Shown here piece after piece: positions 13,953 to 25,390 of a DNA stretch of 64,000 nt. The position numbers and the translations under genes are program-made. How positions within the stretch are numbered: position 1 is the first letter of the stretch; every line of letters starts with the position of its first letter. Origin of the DNA: Lama guanicoe (Eukaryota); contig MU053881.1 of NCBI GenBank assembly GCA_013239625.1, positions 12,538,879 through 12,602,878 of the forward strand, read 5' to 3'. The notes below the pieces were generated by a model. The model was not told the origin of the DNA. It saw only the letters and a program-made list of their open reading frames with translations, and searched no databases.

Positions 13953-14178
13953 ATTGAAGTATAGTCAGTTTACAGTGTTGTGTCAATTTCTGGTGTACAG
14001 CACAATGCTTCAATCATACATGAACATACACATATTCATGTTCATATTCTTTTTCACCATAAGTTGAATATAGTTCTCTGTGCTACATAGTATAAACTTG
14101 TTGTTTATCTATTTTATATATAGTAGTTAATATCTGCAAATCTCGAACTCCCAATTTACTCCTTCCCACCACCTTCCA
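13950..14178 (-). mobile_element. Second short L1 3' UTR of the same family
   Basis: ttattgaagtatagtcagtttacagtgttgtgtcaatttctggtgtacagc...ctcgaactcccaattt; parallels 13160-13390. Confidence 0.9.
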
Positions 14179-14184
14179 CAGTGG

Positions 14185-14758
14185 GTGTTGGGTCATTTTC
14201 CCAGCATCCAATCTCCTCTCCATCTCCATCTCATACTTACTGTGAAGTTTATAGGCAGATAAATACTTTCCAGGGTTTGTAGTCCCATTTCCTATGCTAC
14301 AGTGATTGGCCCACATGAGCAGGCTGAGGCAATTAGTAATTCTTCTGCTCCAGGCAGTGCTTCAGGAATGGGCTTGTTATGCACATCTGGACAATGGGAC
14401 GTGAGAGGTTTTCTGAGAATGTCTCAGAAAGCTCCCCCTTACTGTTCTGGGAGAGCTTTCTGATGTGATCATTTTCTTCACTCATTTGTTTTGGATGAGG
14501 AAACCTATAACCCAATGATGGCCTCTCTTAACCGTGAGGGAGAACTAGCCTGAAACTGAATCTGACAACTTAGAAGATGGAACAGGGGACAAGAAAGAAA
14601 TTAGATCCTTGATCCATGGCTGAACCACTGACTCAGTCCAAGCCTGAAGCCCACCTTTCCTCTGGACTTTGAGAAACGTGAGCCGATGAAGCACTTCTGT
14701 TTTGTGTGCCAATCTGAGCTGGCTGGGTGTTCTCCTACCTTCAGACAGTCTGACTTAC
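14185..14758 (+). mobile_element. ERVL LTR (LTR16/LTR33-like)
   Basis: cagtgattggcc...gcttcaggaatggg...cctgaagcccacctttcctctggacttt...gtgagcc. Confidence 0.6.
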
Positions 14759-14769
14759 ACCAAGGAGTT

Positions 14770-14950
14770 TTTCCTTTTTAGTCTTCATAACACAACCCTG
14801 TGGAATAGATGACATTATTGTCATCATTTTATGGATGAGGAAGCTGAGGCCTGGAAAGTTTCAGCATTTTGCCCTGAATCACAGAAGTAGTAAGTAGTAA
14901 AGGACTTTACCTGTGGAGTTTAATCCAGACACCACATTCCTAAGCACCAT
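14770..14950 (-). mobile_element. MIR SINE
   Basis: Antisense core cattttatggatgaggaagctgaggc. Confidence 0.75.
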
Positions 14951-14989
14951 GTCCTGTGGCTTTCCATGCTTTGGAGATGCAGAGAGAAT

Positions 14990-15470
14990 GTCAGTCAAGT
15001 TGTAGGAAAATGACCACAAGGCTGGAAGCATTGACTTTGGTCCTGTAGGTGGAACTTAAATCAACAAGAGGTGGAACTAAAGCCAACAGCTTTGGAGTAG
15101 AGGAGATAAAGTAGCTGTGGCTGGGGTCTAGTCCATGTGTCATCGCACAAGGGGTGAGGGGGGACAGGACCAACAGGAAAGCTTGGAGGTCCCCTAGAGG
15201 TTAGAAGACAAAGAGGGAGGTCAGAAGAGGATGGCACAACTAGACAGAGGAAGTTCAAGTTCAGTGCTGTCATTATCTGGGAAAAGCCAGCTTTCAGTTT
15301 AGGAGAGAGGGGAGAGGGAGCGTTGCCAAAAGGGCTGAATGAGAATGTGTCCAGGAGTTTAGAAGAGCACAGAGAAGGGTTACTAGGGGAACGGAGGGGA
15401 GATGGGAGGGTAACTGAGCTGGAGAGGATGCAAGCATGAGAGGGCTAGCGGGCTGGAAGCAGGTGTGTTT
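14990..15470 (-). mobile_element. Decayed LINE-2 fragment
   Basis: Purine-rich; the reverse complement of tctgggaaaagccagctttcagtttagg resembles the L2 EN LTETWLSP region. Confidence 0.45.
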
Positions 15471-16083
15471 TGGTCAGTGCATCAAAATGAACAGGATGTG
15501 GAACTGTGGGAAGAACAGAGGCTGTTTCCACACTGACCTGCTTCCCAGGATGCATTTACATATGTGGACTCCGTAGCAACTCTGACTCCCAGGGCATCAC
15601 GTCCCACTGGCAGAAGGGAACCCAGGCGGCAATGGCAACCTGATAAACCTCAAGCAATATTAATATGCACAAGCGTCTGAAGGCTGCAGTCTTTTAAGAA
15701 CAACAATACCGCCAGCAGAGGCAGCAGCAACAGTAACAACTACAGTAATTTGTAGCTCTCCCCTCTGGAGAAACAACAGAGCTGCATGTGTTATTTTTTA
15801 GTAATTAGTCACAAATTAACTAATTGCTGCCATCCTTAAACCTGTTTTCCCCTCCAGCTTGTCATTATCTGCAGATGTCAAAACAAGTAAAATAAATGAA
15901 CGAGATTTTCCGTCAGATGTTTGTTAATAATTGCTCTCCTAAAAAAGTTAAAAATTGTTTAAGTCTGACAGCAAAATCTCCTTCCTGTCTTGTAACTTTA
16001 AAATACCTTTTTTTAAAAAAATCTTTGAATATCTGTTAGAGATTTTTAGACTCTTCCTTGCTCCTTTTTTGAATCACCAAGTC

Positions 16084-16265
16084 CAGTGGTTCACCTGGGA
16101 AACCAATTAAAATTCACCTTGGGAGCACAAAAATGCACATTTCTGGTCGCTACCTCAGAGATGTTGATTTATTAGGACTGGGGTGGGCCCAGGAATCTGC
16201 ATTTTCCGGCTATCTCCTTAGGTGATTCTCATACAGGGGTGCCAGGGAAGTCTGTGAGAAATTGC
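16084..16265 (+). mobile_element. MER5-family hAT-Charlie MITE
   Basis: cagtggttc...gatttattaggactggggtgggcccaggaatctgcatttt...ggtgattctcat...tgagaaattgct. Confidence 0.75.
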
Positions 16266-16399
16266 TCAAATCTTTTGGCAAACTGGGGGCTGCAGCAGAG
16301 GATGGAGAGGTATCCGTCTCTGCTCTGAAGATTGTTTTAGTTCTTTCTTCTCATTTCTCTCCCTTTGGTCTTTGAGATACAGTGTTAAGGAAAACACTC

Positions 16400-16590
16400 A
16401 GGCACTGAAATGAGGTCTGGATTTGAACCCGAGATGTAGCATTTACTAAAGGTGCACTCTTGACAGAGGCAGATAAATTCATTCTGACTCCATTTCTCAT
16501 CTGTGAAATGGCCCTCAGATGATGATGTTCGTAGTGCCTCATTTAACATACAGTACATGGTCAGTGCTTAAACATTACTGTTCCTATGTC
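16400..16590 (+). mobile_element. MIR SINE fragment
   Basis: Core tttctcatctgtgaaatgg. Confidence 0.55.
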
Positions 16591-17259
16591 TTTCATTTCT
16601 TCTTGGCACTCAGTGCCTGTGGGGTTGCCCATGCCAAAGTGTGAGCTTATGAAGGTTTACATGTGATGCTCTCATGCTGGAATACTTTTTTCTGTTTTTT
16701 CACTCCCACCTTTTCCTTTCTTTTGGGCTCTGAACAAAGGCTTATGAGTGACTTGCTGAGCACAGTCCTGGGTGGAGAAAGAAGCGTGCTATGAGATTGA
16801 CAGCAGAGCAAAGAGCATGCAGGCAGTGAAGCTCTCAGAAGCCTCTGATCTTGTGCAGGGTGCTGAATAGGAAAGGCACATGGCAGGATAAAAGTCTGGT
16901 GTCTGTCCATTTGTGTTGTCTGCTAGGGGCACTGAGCAGAGAAAGTAGATGCTGTAATCTGTTTCCCATCTGCTTTTCATTTTCTGAAGTCGACAAGGTG
17001 GGGTCCAGTGAGGACAGAGGTTAGAAAAGGATTTTCTTGTTAACATTTTCCCCTCTGTGACCCCTGTGTGTACTGTAGGCACAGAGACTTGGTGGAATGG
17101 TAGAGAGTTAAGGCATATTCTAAGTTCTGCGTGTACTGCTGTGCTTTCCACAAAACCTGTTACCCATCTGGAGTTTTGGCATGATGGGGTTTCTAGTTTC
17201 AGAATTATCATTGAACAGGATTCACAGATGGGAGTATAGATAGTTTAACTTCTGACTTG

Positions 17260-17652
17260 TGTTGGAGAAGGTCATTGAGCGGATGTGACCACCCACTGAC
17301 CCATGAGCTGGACCCAGGCAACTGGAGGCTCCTCATCCCTACCCCTGACCTCGGAATGCACATTCCACCCACTGTTGTCACAACCAGATCTGTTTCAAGG
17401 ACACAGCCTTGAGAGAGCAATGTACTGTTGAGACCAGTGGACTGTGTATGTGACTGAATCCCATTAAGGCCTCTATATAAACTTTTAAGATTATGGCAAC
17501 TGGGTGCAGAGGTCTACCCATCTCAAAGCCATCCAAGACGAACATCATTTGTCAGTTTTCTTGCTTATTCAAACTTATCAATCTGGAGTGATCTGCCTCT
17601 TTCTTTGGTCTCCCCTAGTCCTCTGTGGATGAGGGACAGTTGTGAACCAACA
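17260..17652 (+). mobile_element. Solo ERV LTR, family unassigned
   Basis: Perfect terminal inverted hexamer TGTTGG...CCAACA and a TATATAAA box near 17474. TSD not clearly preserved. Confidence 0.7.
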
Positions 17653-17743
17653 GCTGGTATCGTGGATCCTCAAAAGAGAACTCCTTGGAAATTCTTGATG
17701 TATTTCTTCATGCAGCCAGGCCAAGGGGCTTTAATTGTTTTGC

Positions 17744-17945
17744 CATAGATTGCAAACTGGCAGCTATGGGCCAAATTAATTCTTTAAAAGTTTTTTCTTC
17801 TTAGCAGCACTGTATTTAAAGAAGGAATAAGTCACCAGTGTCAACAAATAGTCAAACAAAAACAACCAGGACATGTCACCTAAAAATCCGTATTTTGGGG
17901 CTTTTCTTGAAAAATCCAAACACATTGGCAGTATTGGCCAAGAAG
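17744..17945 (+). mobile_element. hAT-Charlie MITE (MER102/MER103-like)
   Basis: ttgcaaactggcagctatgggccaaat...aaaaatccgtattttggggcttttcttgaaaaatc...ggcagtattggcc. Confidence 0.55.
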
Positions 17946-18039
17946 CAGGGAACAAATGCACCCATTTGTCACAGGTCCTGCCTGGTCACTCTCACTTGGC
18001 CTGGATTTTAATGGCATTGGAATCTGTGGCCTCAGACTT

Positions 18040-18310
18040 GAGAGCACAGCCCCAGACTGACTGCCTGGGCACGAGCACCCAGTCTTCCCATCATTCTGTG
18101 TGACTCTCGGTGAGCCAGCTAATCCTCTTTGTGTCTTTTTCTCATCTGCAAGACACTGATGATGATAATAACATCTACATTATCGGACTGTCAAGAGTAT
18201 TATATTAAGACAGGTGAGAGGATTAAAATACATGTAAAGACTGTGGAACATGGTTAGGGCCAATGGTAGTTTGATGCCATGATCATTATGATCATTGTTA
18301 TTGTTAGCGT
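18040..18310 (+). mobile_element. MIR SINE
   Basis: agactgactgcctggg...tgtgtgactctcgg...tctcatctgcaa...aatacatgtaaag. Confidence 0.7.
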
Positions 18311-18889
18311 TTTCATTAATAGCCTGTGCCAGTATCTGTGGCGTGATCTCAGCCACTCATAGAAGGAATACATTTTTACCAATGAAATGACTGAAGATTT
18401 TAAGACTATTTTTCCTGCATAGGAGGATTTTAAAGAAAATACCCTGAGTATTATGGCTTACTGAATAAAGACAAGAGTGAAATGAAAGAGAATAATGTAG
18501 GCATATTAAGCCTTTCATTATGAAAAGTTCAAATTAATATTTATATAACCTCAACCTAGATTCAACAATTCACATTGTATCACATTCACTTTCTCTCTCT
18601 CTCTCCCCCTCACCTTCTCTCTCTCGTTTCTTTTTTCTTTTATTTAATTTGTAGAAATCAACTCTTCATCCTGAATCCTTCTGGGTGAATCTTCTAAGAA
18701 AAAAATATTTCCCTATAGCACTGTTGTTTTATCTGAGAAAAAAAAATCCTGAATTCCATGTATCTGTGTAATCTCTAGGTAAATATCCTCCTTTGTCCTA
18801 CAGTTATACAATTTTTAAAAGAAACATCCAGTGAATGTTCACACATTGTAATGGCTTTTTGGTCTTTTTTAGTCTAAAAGGCATCCATC

Positions 18890-19580
18890 TTTTAAAAATT
18901 AAAGTGTAGTGGACATAAAAGCACACATATTTAAAGTGTACAATTTGGTAAGTTTAGACATGTACACCCTGTGAAACTGTCACCTTAGTCAAGACAGTGA
19001 GCAGACACATCACCCCCCAAACTTCTTTGTCCTCCTCTCTAATCTTTTCCTCAAGCCCTCTCTTTGCTCCCCTTCTCCATTCAGGCCAACCATGGATCTT
19101 TCTGTCACTGGAGGTAAGTGTGCGTTTTCTGGGATTTCCTATACATGGAGTCGTATAGTCTGACTGCTCCTTCGGCATCACCATGCTGAGATTTCTCCAG
19201 GTTTTGGCATGTATCCATTCTTTCACTGCTGCCTAGCATTCTGTTTTGTGGATCTATCACCAGTTGTTTATACACTTCCTTGTTCATGGACACCTGGGTT
19301 GTTTCTGTGTTTTGACTATCTCAAATAAAGCTGCTGGGAATACTTGTGTGCCAGTCTTGGTATGGACATGTGCGTTTTTGGTCTTGGGTATATTTCTAGG
19401 ATTGAAATAGGTCATATCGTAGGTGTATGTTTAACTTTCTGAGATATTGCAGAATTGTCTTCCAAAGTGGTTGTGCTACTTTACGTTTTCAACAGTGGTG
19501 TCTGAGAATTCTAGTTCCTTCCTGCCAACACTTGGTAAAATAAATTTTTATAGAACTTAACCATTTAAGAGATGTGCTCC
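18890..19580 (-). mobile_element. L1MB/L1ME-type 3' end within further decayed antisense L1 (~18500-19720)
   Basis: cacacatatttaaagtgtacaatttggtaagtttagacat...caggccaaccatggatct...gtcttccaaagtggttgt. Confidence 0.8.
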
Positions 19581-20847
19581 CATTTTATTTATTTTAAAAA
19601 ATTGATGTGTGTTTGTTTTTATTTTTCTTGACTTTTTTTTTTTTTAATGACATTGATTTTTGAGGCGTCCATGAAATTCGTCTTGTAGAACAGTCCACTT
19701 TTGGGAGTTTTTGAAAGTTTTACAGGCTGCTTATATTGAGCCCTTTTATTTCACAGCCTTTGGTGGGCAGTCACTTTGTTAATTCTCTGGGTGTTAGCTC
19801 CAGGTGAGAATGGATATAAGGTATGAAGCATTTGCCCATGGCATGATACTGAGAATTTGTCTTGTGAACATTTATCCAGGAAAATCAATATTAAATCCTT
19901 TTTTGTTCTGATCCTGTAGAAAAGCTTAGATTGCATCCAGCTTTAGACTTCAGTGTAGAAGTGGACTGTCTTGACTAGCCAACTGTGCTTGAACTGTATT
20001 TTATCTGATAGCCTTTACTCTCTTAAGCTAAGGTAACTACAATTAATTTCTGAAGCAAAAATGTCATTTTTGTCTCAAGACTTCTCTCTTCTTTCCAAAG
20101 GAAATTAACAAAATAGAAAAATATTTTAAAGGGCTAGAGTTTCATTTGCTTATACCTTTATGATTTGGGTCCTGACCTGGGAAATAAGAAGTGGATTGTA
20201 AAATGCTGGACTGCATGAACATGCCTTCCTTTTGACTAAGTTCATCCAGGAAGGATGACCAACTGTCTGGCATGAATGCACTTCAGAAACATTGCCTCAT
20301 GTGGTAGGCTGTTTGGGATTATATCCCCTCCCCGTTTTAAACTGTACTTTGGAATTATTAAAAAAAAAAGCTATCATGATCAGAAACCTTAAAACATGAA
20401 TAAGAACTTCTCCATTCATTCACTAAAAAAAAAAAGTTATAAAAACCACAGTTAAAATGAATCTTCAGAGCAAATTAGTAGATATTTACTGTTTAATGTT
20501 TAAAACCTGGTCTCCCTATCGCGTTAAGATATTTAGGGTAAATTCACCCTGGTTTTATTATATTCTAGACTGTGATGAGCCAGAAATCAGAAAAAAAGCT
20601 TTTTTGCTTATTGATAAGGAATTATCTTCATAAGTTATCTTCATGGGCACACCCCCGTGGGATAACCTTGCAAATGGAAAACTGTCAAATCTTTCTTGAC
20701 ATATAAATGTTTATAAGAAAGATTTAAACTAAAAGAGTGGTCATACAGCAATAGAAATAACCCTTTTTCTTTGTTGGATGAGTCAAATTTTCTAAATGAC
20801 AATGGGTCATAATGTTCTAGAGCTAGAATGGGTGTCAGATATAGTAA

Positions 20848-21005
20848 AAATAGACTAACAATTACTGAGTGTTTTCCAATGTATCAGGAACTACAGTTTG
20901 CATGCCTTATTTGGTGTCATTCTCTCAGCAGCCCTTGCCATATGTTCTATTATTCCCCCCATTTTGAGGAGGAATCTAAAAGCCTGAGAGGCTAAGGAAC
21001 TTGAT
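20848..21005 (-). mobile_element. MIR SINE
   Basis: ctaacaattactgagtg...tattattcccccattttgaggaggaatc...gagaggctaagg. Confidence 0.7.
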
Positions 21006-21819
21006 TGAGGTCCTGTATCTCTCATTTGTTTAACGTGCTCACCTTGGAAGTATGGGTTGATTAGGTATCTTTCAAGGTCATGTGTAAATAGCAATTTATT
21101 AGAAATCATTTTTTGACATTGAATTTAAAAAGGCTAACATACCTTGTTGCACAACCTTGTTGCATAGATTGTTAGTTTTCAGACTTTTCATCATTTAATC
21201 TGCCTGCTGAGAAATCCTTTTTCCTATTGCAAAGGCTCATGATATGTGCAGACTTCAGAGCCTGGCTTGGCTTTCCTGTAGTAAGATGCTTATTGACTGA
21301 GCCATAGAAAATTCGGTGTTATTAAAGAAAAATTAAATGATGCTTGCGTGAATAAGTCTTATGTTAGTTGCTGAGGTAGGGGTTAATGCTTGTTAGTAAT
21401 TTTCAGCTTTCTGTACAAGTCATATCCATGTCTGATGTGGCAGCAGGCAAGAGAAAGGATAAGGAGAGAATGTACAGGCAGAACAAATAATTTGCCAAAC
21501 AACTTCCTCTAAGCATGAAAAAATAATTAAAGTAAATTGTATCAAGTGTCCTGCGTTTAATATAAGAACTTCATTAAAGGCAATAAGGCACTGATTAACT
21601 TCCCGTCTAAAGGGAATGTTCTGTAGCAACATGCAAGATGCCTCCTGGCCTTACTAGTTTTTGTTGCCTTTGGATCCGGTGTCTGGGTAGTAATCTCTTC
21701 TTCTTGATGTGAAAATCCCATTGGCCGTGAGGGCTGAGGACTGTCACCCATAGACTTGCTCAAGTTTCAAGAAGCTTCCAAAATCAGCAATGTCACTAAA
21801 GGATTTTTGGTAAGAGAAT

Positions 21820-22060
21820 AACAGTAATAATGATTCATAGTGCTAGTAACAGCTTTCTCTGTTTCACTTTGGGCTGTTACTGCAATTCTATGATAACTGC
21901 CTCAGTTGTAAAGCAGATGGTGATTCTTATTTGACAGGTGAGGAACGTGAACATTAGGGGAGTAATTTGGCCAGATAACTCTGCTACCACTTAAAGAAGT
22001 GAAATTCAACTCCAAGTCTGCCTAAACCTCCAGTCCTGTTCTCTGAATAGTTACGCTAAT
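21820..22060 (-). mobile_element. MIR SINE
   Basis: atttgacaggtgaggaac...attcaactccaagtctgcct. Confidence 0.6.
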
Positions 22061-22331
22061 ATTGTGCCTTAAATAAAACATACATGGTATATTTACTTTA
22101 AATACTTTACCTTTTTAAATAAAAGTTTGTTCTATTTTTCTAAGTCACAATTAAGCTGTCATGTTTATAGGAAATTACAAGTTGAAGAGAAATTATAGGT
22201 GCAAAGAAATGAGAATTCAAAAAACATATTTTTGCATTAGTAAGGCTCTTAGCAGGAAAAGAGGTGGTACACTCACATGAGATAATTTGAGAGGATTTTA
22301 ATAAAGGGATTATTATACGAGTCTAGGTTAG

Positions 22332-22546
22332 TGTCTTACACCGCTTAGGCTGCCATAACAAAATACCGTAGACTGGCTAGTTTAAACAACAGATATATAT
22401 TTTCTCACAGTTCTGGAGGTGGAGGTCTGAGGTCAGGGTGCCAGTATGGCTGCACTGTGGTGAGGGTTCTCTTCCTGGCTTGCAGAGGGCTGCCTTCTCA
22501 CTGTGTTCTCTCCTGCGCGCTTTGCAGGGACACAGTTTGGTCTGCA
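22332..22546 (-). mobile_element. MLT1A-type MaLR LTR, internally deleted
   Basis: ggctgccataacaaaataccgtagactgg...ttttctcacagttctggagg...tcagggtgccag. Confidence 0.85.
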
Positions 22547-23239
22547 GCAGTTAGGGAAACCAAAATGCATAGGAGAGTACCCCGGGGCTGGAAACACTAG
22601 GGAATTACCACTCCTGGGCCTGAAGGAACTGAAAAGGGTTTGGCCACTACTCCAGGCAGGGAGAGAGAATGCATGTGGTGAGGGCTGCCTGGTGGGAGCT
22701 GTAACCATAGCTGGGGGGTCAGCCAGCAGCAGCCCCAGCAGGAAAGGAATGAGGACATCACTCTCCCATCTCCCTCTGATTGCACCCTTATGCTTCTCAG
22801 TGGAGGAACCTAATTGGAAGCCAGAAGGAAGGGAAGTCCATTGATGAAGTTGATATATGTGTAGGGGAAGAAAAATAACTTTTTCTTCGCTCTTCTGAGG
22901 TTTTAACTAAGACTCCCGTAATAAAATACAGATTAACAAGAGAAAAACAGAAGTTTATTAACACGTATACCCCATGTATACATGAGAGATACCCAGAGAA
23001 AAATGAGTAACTCTCTGAGGTGGCTTATAATTCAGACTTAAATATCATCTTAATGGGGGGAGGGGAGTTGGGGAATGGTAGGTTCTTAAAGCAAATGGTT
23101 AATGATATTTAGGGAAGATGAATAGGCCCTTAGAAGAAATGATGGGAGTATGATAGTTTGTGACAAGGTTTTCTGGGTGTGGTGTTGACTTCTACTCTCT
23201 TCTCTACTATCTGCTTGATTGATACACGTCAATCTTCTT

Positions 23240-23531
23240 TCAGTTTGAGTCTGAAGGCAGGAAAGAACCTACATCCCAGCCTAAGGCAGCCAGGCAGGAG
23301 GAATTCCCTCTTCCTTGTGAAAGGGTCAACCTTTTTGTTCTCTTCAAGCTTTCAACTTATTGGATGGGGCCCATTCAGATTAGAGACAACATTCTGCTTT
23401 ACTCAGTCTGCTGATTCAGTTTCTAACCTCACCCAGAAACATCTTCACCAACACACCCAGAATAATGTTTGAATAAACGTCTGGGCACCTTGTGGCCCAG
23501 TCAAGTTGGCACCTAAGATGAACTATCCTAC
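23240..23531 (-). mobile_element. MLT2B/C ERVL LTR fragment (LTR 5' part only)
   Basis: ctgctttactcagtctgctgattca...cacacccagaataatgtttga...ggcccagtcaagttg. Confidence 0.8.
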
Positions 23532-23702
23532 CATTCTACTGTCTGCCTAAGGCCAGTCTCCTTATAGGAGGTTTCCTGTCTGAGAATCTGCCTCTTCTCT
23601 AGGGAACTGAAACCAGAAAAATCTTCTCCTGAGGTCGCATGCTACATAATTCATGAGGGCAATTCCTTATCCTAGCAGAGATCTACTAAGGAGCTTACCC
23701 AC

Positions 23703-25390
23703 ATCCCTATCAAAAGACTAATGGCATTTTTCACAGAACTAAAAGAAATACTTTTAAAATTTGTATGGAACCACAAAAGACCCAACTAGCCAAAACAATC
23801 TTGAGAAAGAAGAACAAGCTGGGGGAATCACGCTTCCTAACTTCAGACTATACTATAAAGCTTCAGTAATCAAGACAGTGTAGTATTAACACAAAACAGA
23901 CACATAGATCAATGGAAGAAGACAGAGAGCCCAGAAATAAAACTACACACTTGTGGACAATTAATCTATGACAAAGGAGGCAAGAGTATACAATGGAGAA
24001 AAGACAGTCTCTTCAATGAGTGGTGCTGGGAAAACTGGACAGCTATATGCAAAAGAATGAAATTAGAACATTCTCAAACACCATATACAAAAATGAACTG
24101 AAAATGGATTAAAGACCTAAATGTAAGACTGACTACTATAAAACTCCTAGAGGAAAACGTAGGCAGAACACTCTTTGACATAAATTGCAGCAATATCTTT
24201 TTGGATCTGTTTCCTAAAGGAAAAAAAATAAAAGTGAAAATAAACAAATGGGACCTAATTAAACTTGAAAGCTTTTGCACAGCAAAGGAAACCAACAGAG
24301 CAAAAAGACAACCTACAGAATGGGAGAAAATATTTGCAAATGATATGCCAATAAGAGATTAATATCCAACATATATAAATAGCTCATACAACTCAACATC
24401 AGAAAACCAAACAACTCGATTGAAAAATGGTCAGAAGATCTGAGTAGACATTTTTCCAAAGAGTAAATGCAGATGGCCAACAGGCACGTGAAAAGATGCT
24501 CAACATCACTAATTATTAGAGAAAGGCAATCAAAACCACAGTGAAATACCACTTCACACCTGTCAGAATGGCTACCACTAAAAAGAACACAAATAACAAA
24601 TGTAGGCAAGGAATGTGGGAAAAAGGGAACTCTCATATATTGTTGGTGGGAATGTAAATTGATGCAGCCACTGTGGAAAACAATATGAATGTTTCTCAAA
24701 GAAATAAAAATAGAACTACCATATGATCCAGCAATTCTACTTCTGGGTATATATCCACCCCCCCCGCCACCCTGCCAAAGCCACTAATTTGAAAAGATAG
24801 ATGCACATGTGCACCCCAGTGTTCATAGAAGCGCTATTTATGATTGCCAAGGTATAGAAGCAACCTAAGTGTTCATCAGAGAGGAATGGATAAAGGTGTT
24901 GTATATATACTCAGTCATAAAATGGAATATTACTCAGTCACAAAAAAGAATAAATTCTTGCCATTTGCAGCAACATGGAAGGACTTGGAGGGCATTATGG
25001 TAAGTGAAAACTGTCACACAGTGAAAGACAGATACTATATGATATCACTCATATGTGGAATCTAAAAAATACGACAAACTAGTGAATACAACAGAATAGA
25101 AGCAGACTCACAAATACAGAGAACAAACTAGTGATTACCAGTAGAGAGAGCGAGGTGGGGAGGGGCAATATGGGGTAGGGGATTGGGAGGTACAAACTAT
25201 TGTGTGTAAAATAAGCTATAAGGGGATATTGTACAACACAGGGAATATAGCCAATATTTTATAATAACTATAAATGTAGTATAACCTTTAAAAATTGAAA
25301 ATCACTATATTGTACACCTGTAACATATAATATTTTACAGCACCTATATTTTTTCAATTTTTTTTCAATTTTTTTCAATAAAAAAGAAGT
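23703..25390 (+). mobile_element. 5'-truncated cetartiodactyl L1 (disrupted ORF2 3' half plus 3' UTR)
   Basis: Colinear with the L1 at 33360-34681 but frameshifted. 3' UTR gaacaaactagtgattaccag...cacagggaatatagcc, then AATAAA and an A tail. Possible decayed TSD agcttac(c/t)c. Confidence 0.92.

Noticed and set aside
13724..13957. Tyr/Ile-rich hydrophobic ORF
   Set aside because: It is the translation of an AT microsatellite.
21920..21945. AG|GTGAG recursive-splice-like motif
   Set aside because: It is a point variant of the antisense MIR core (acagatgaggaa).
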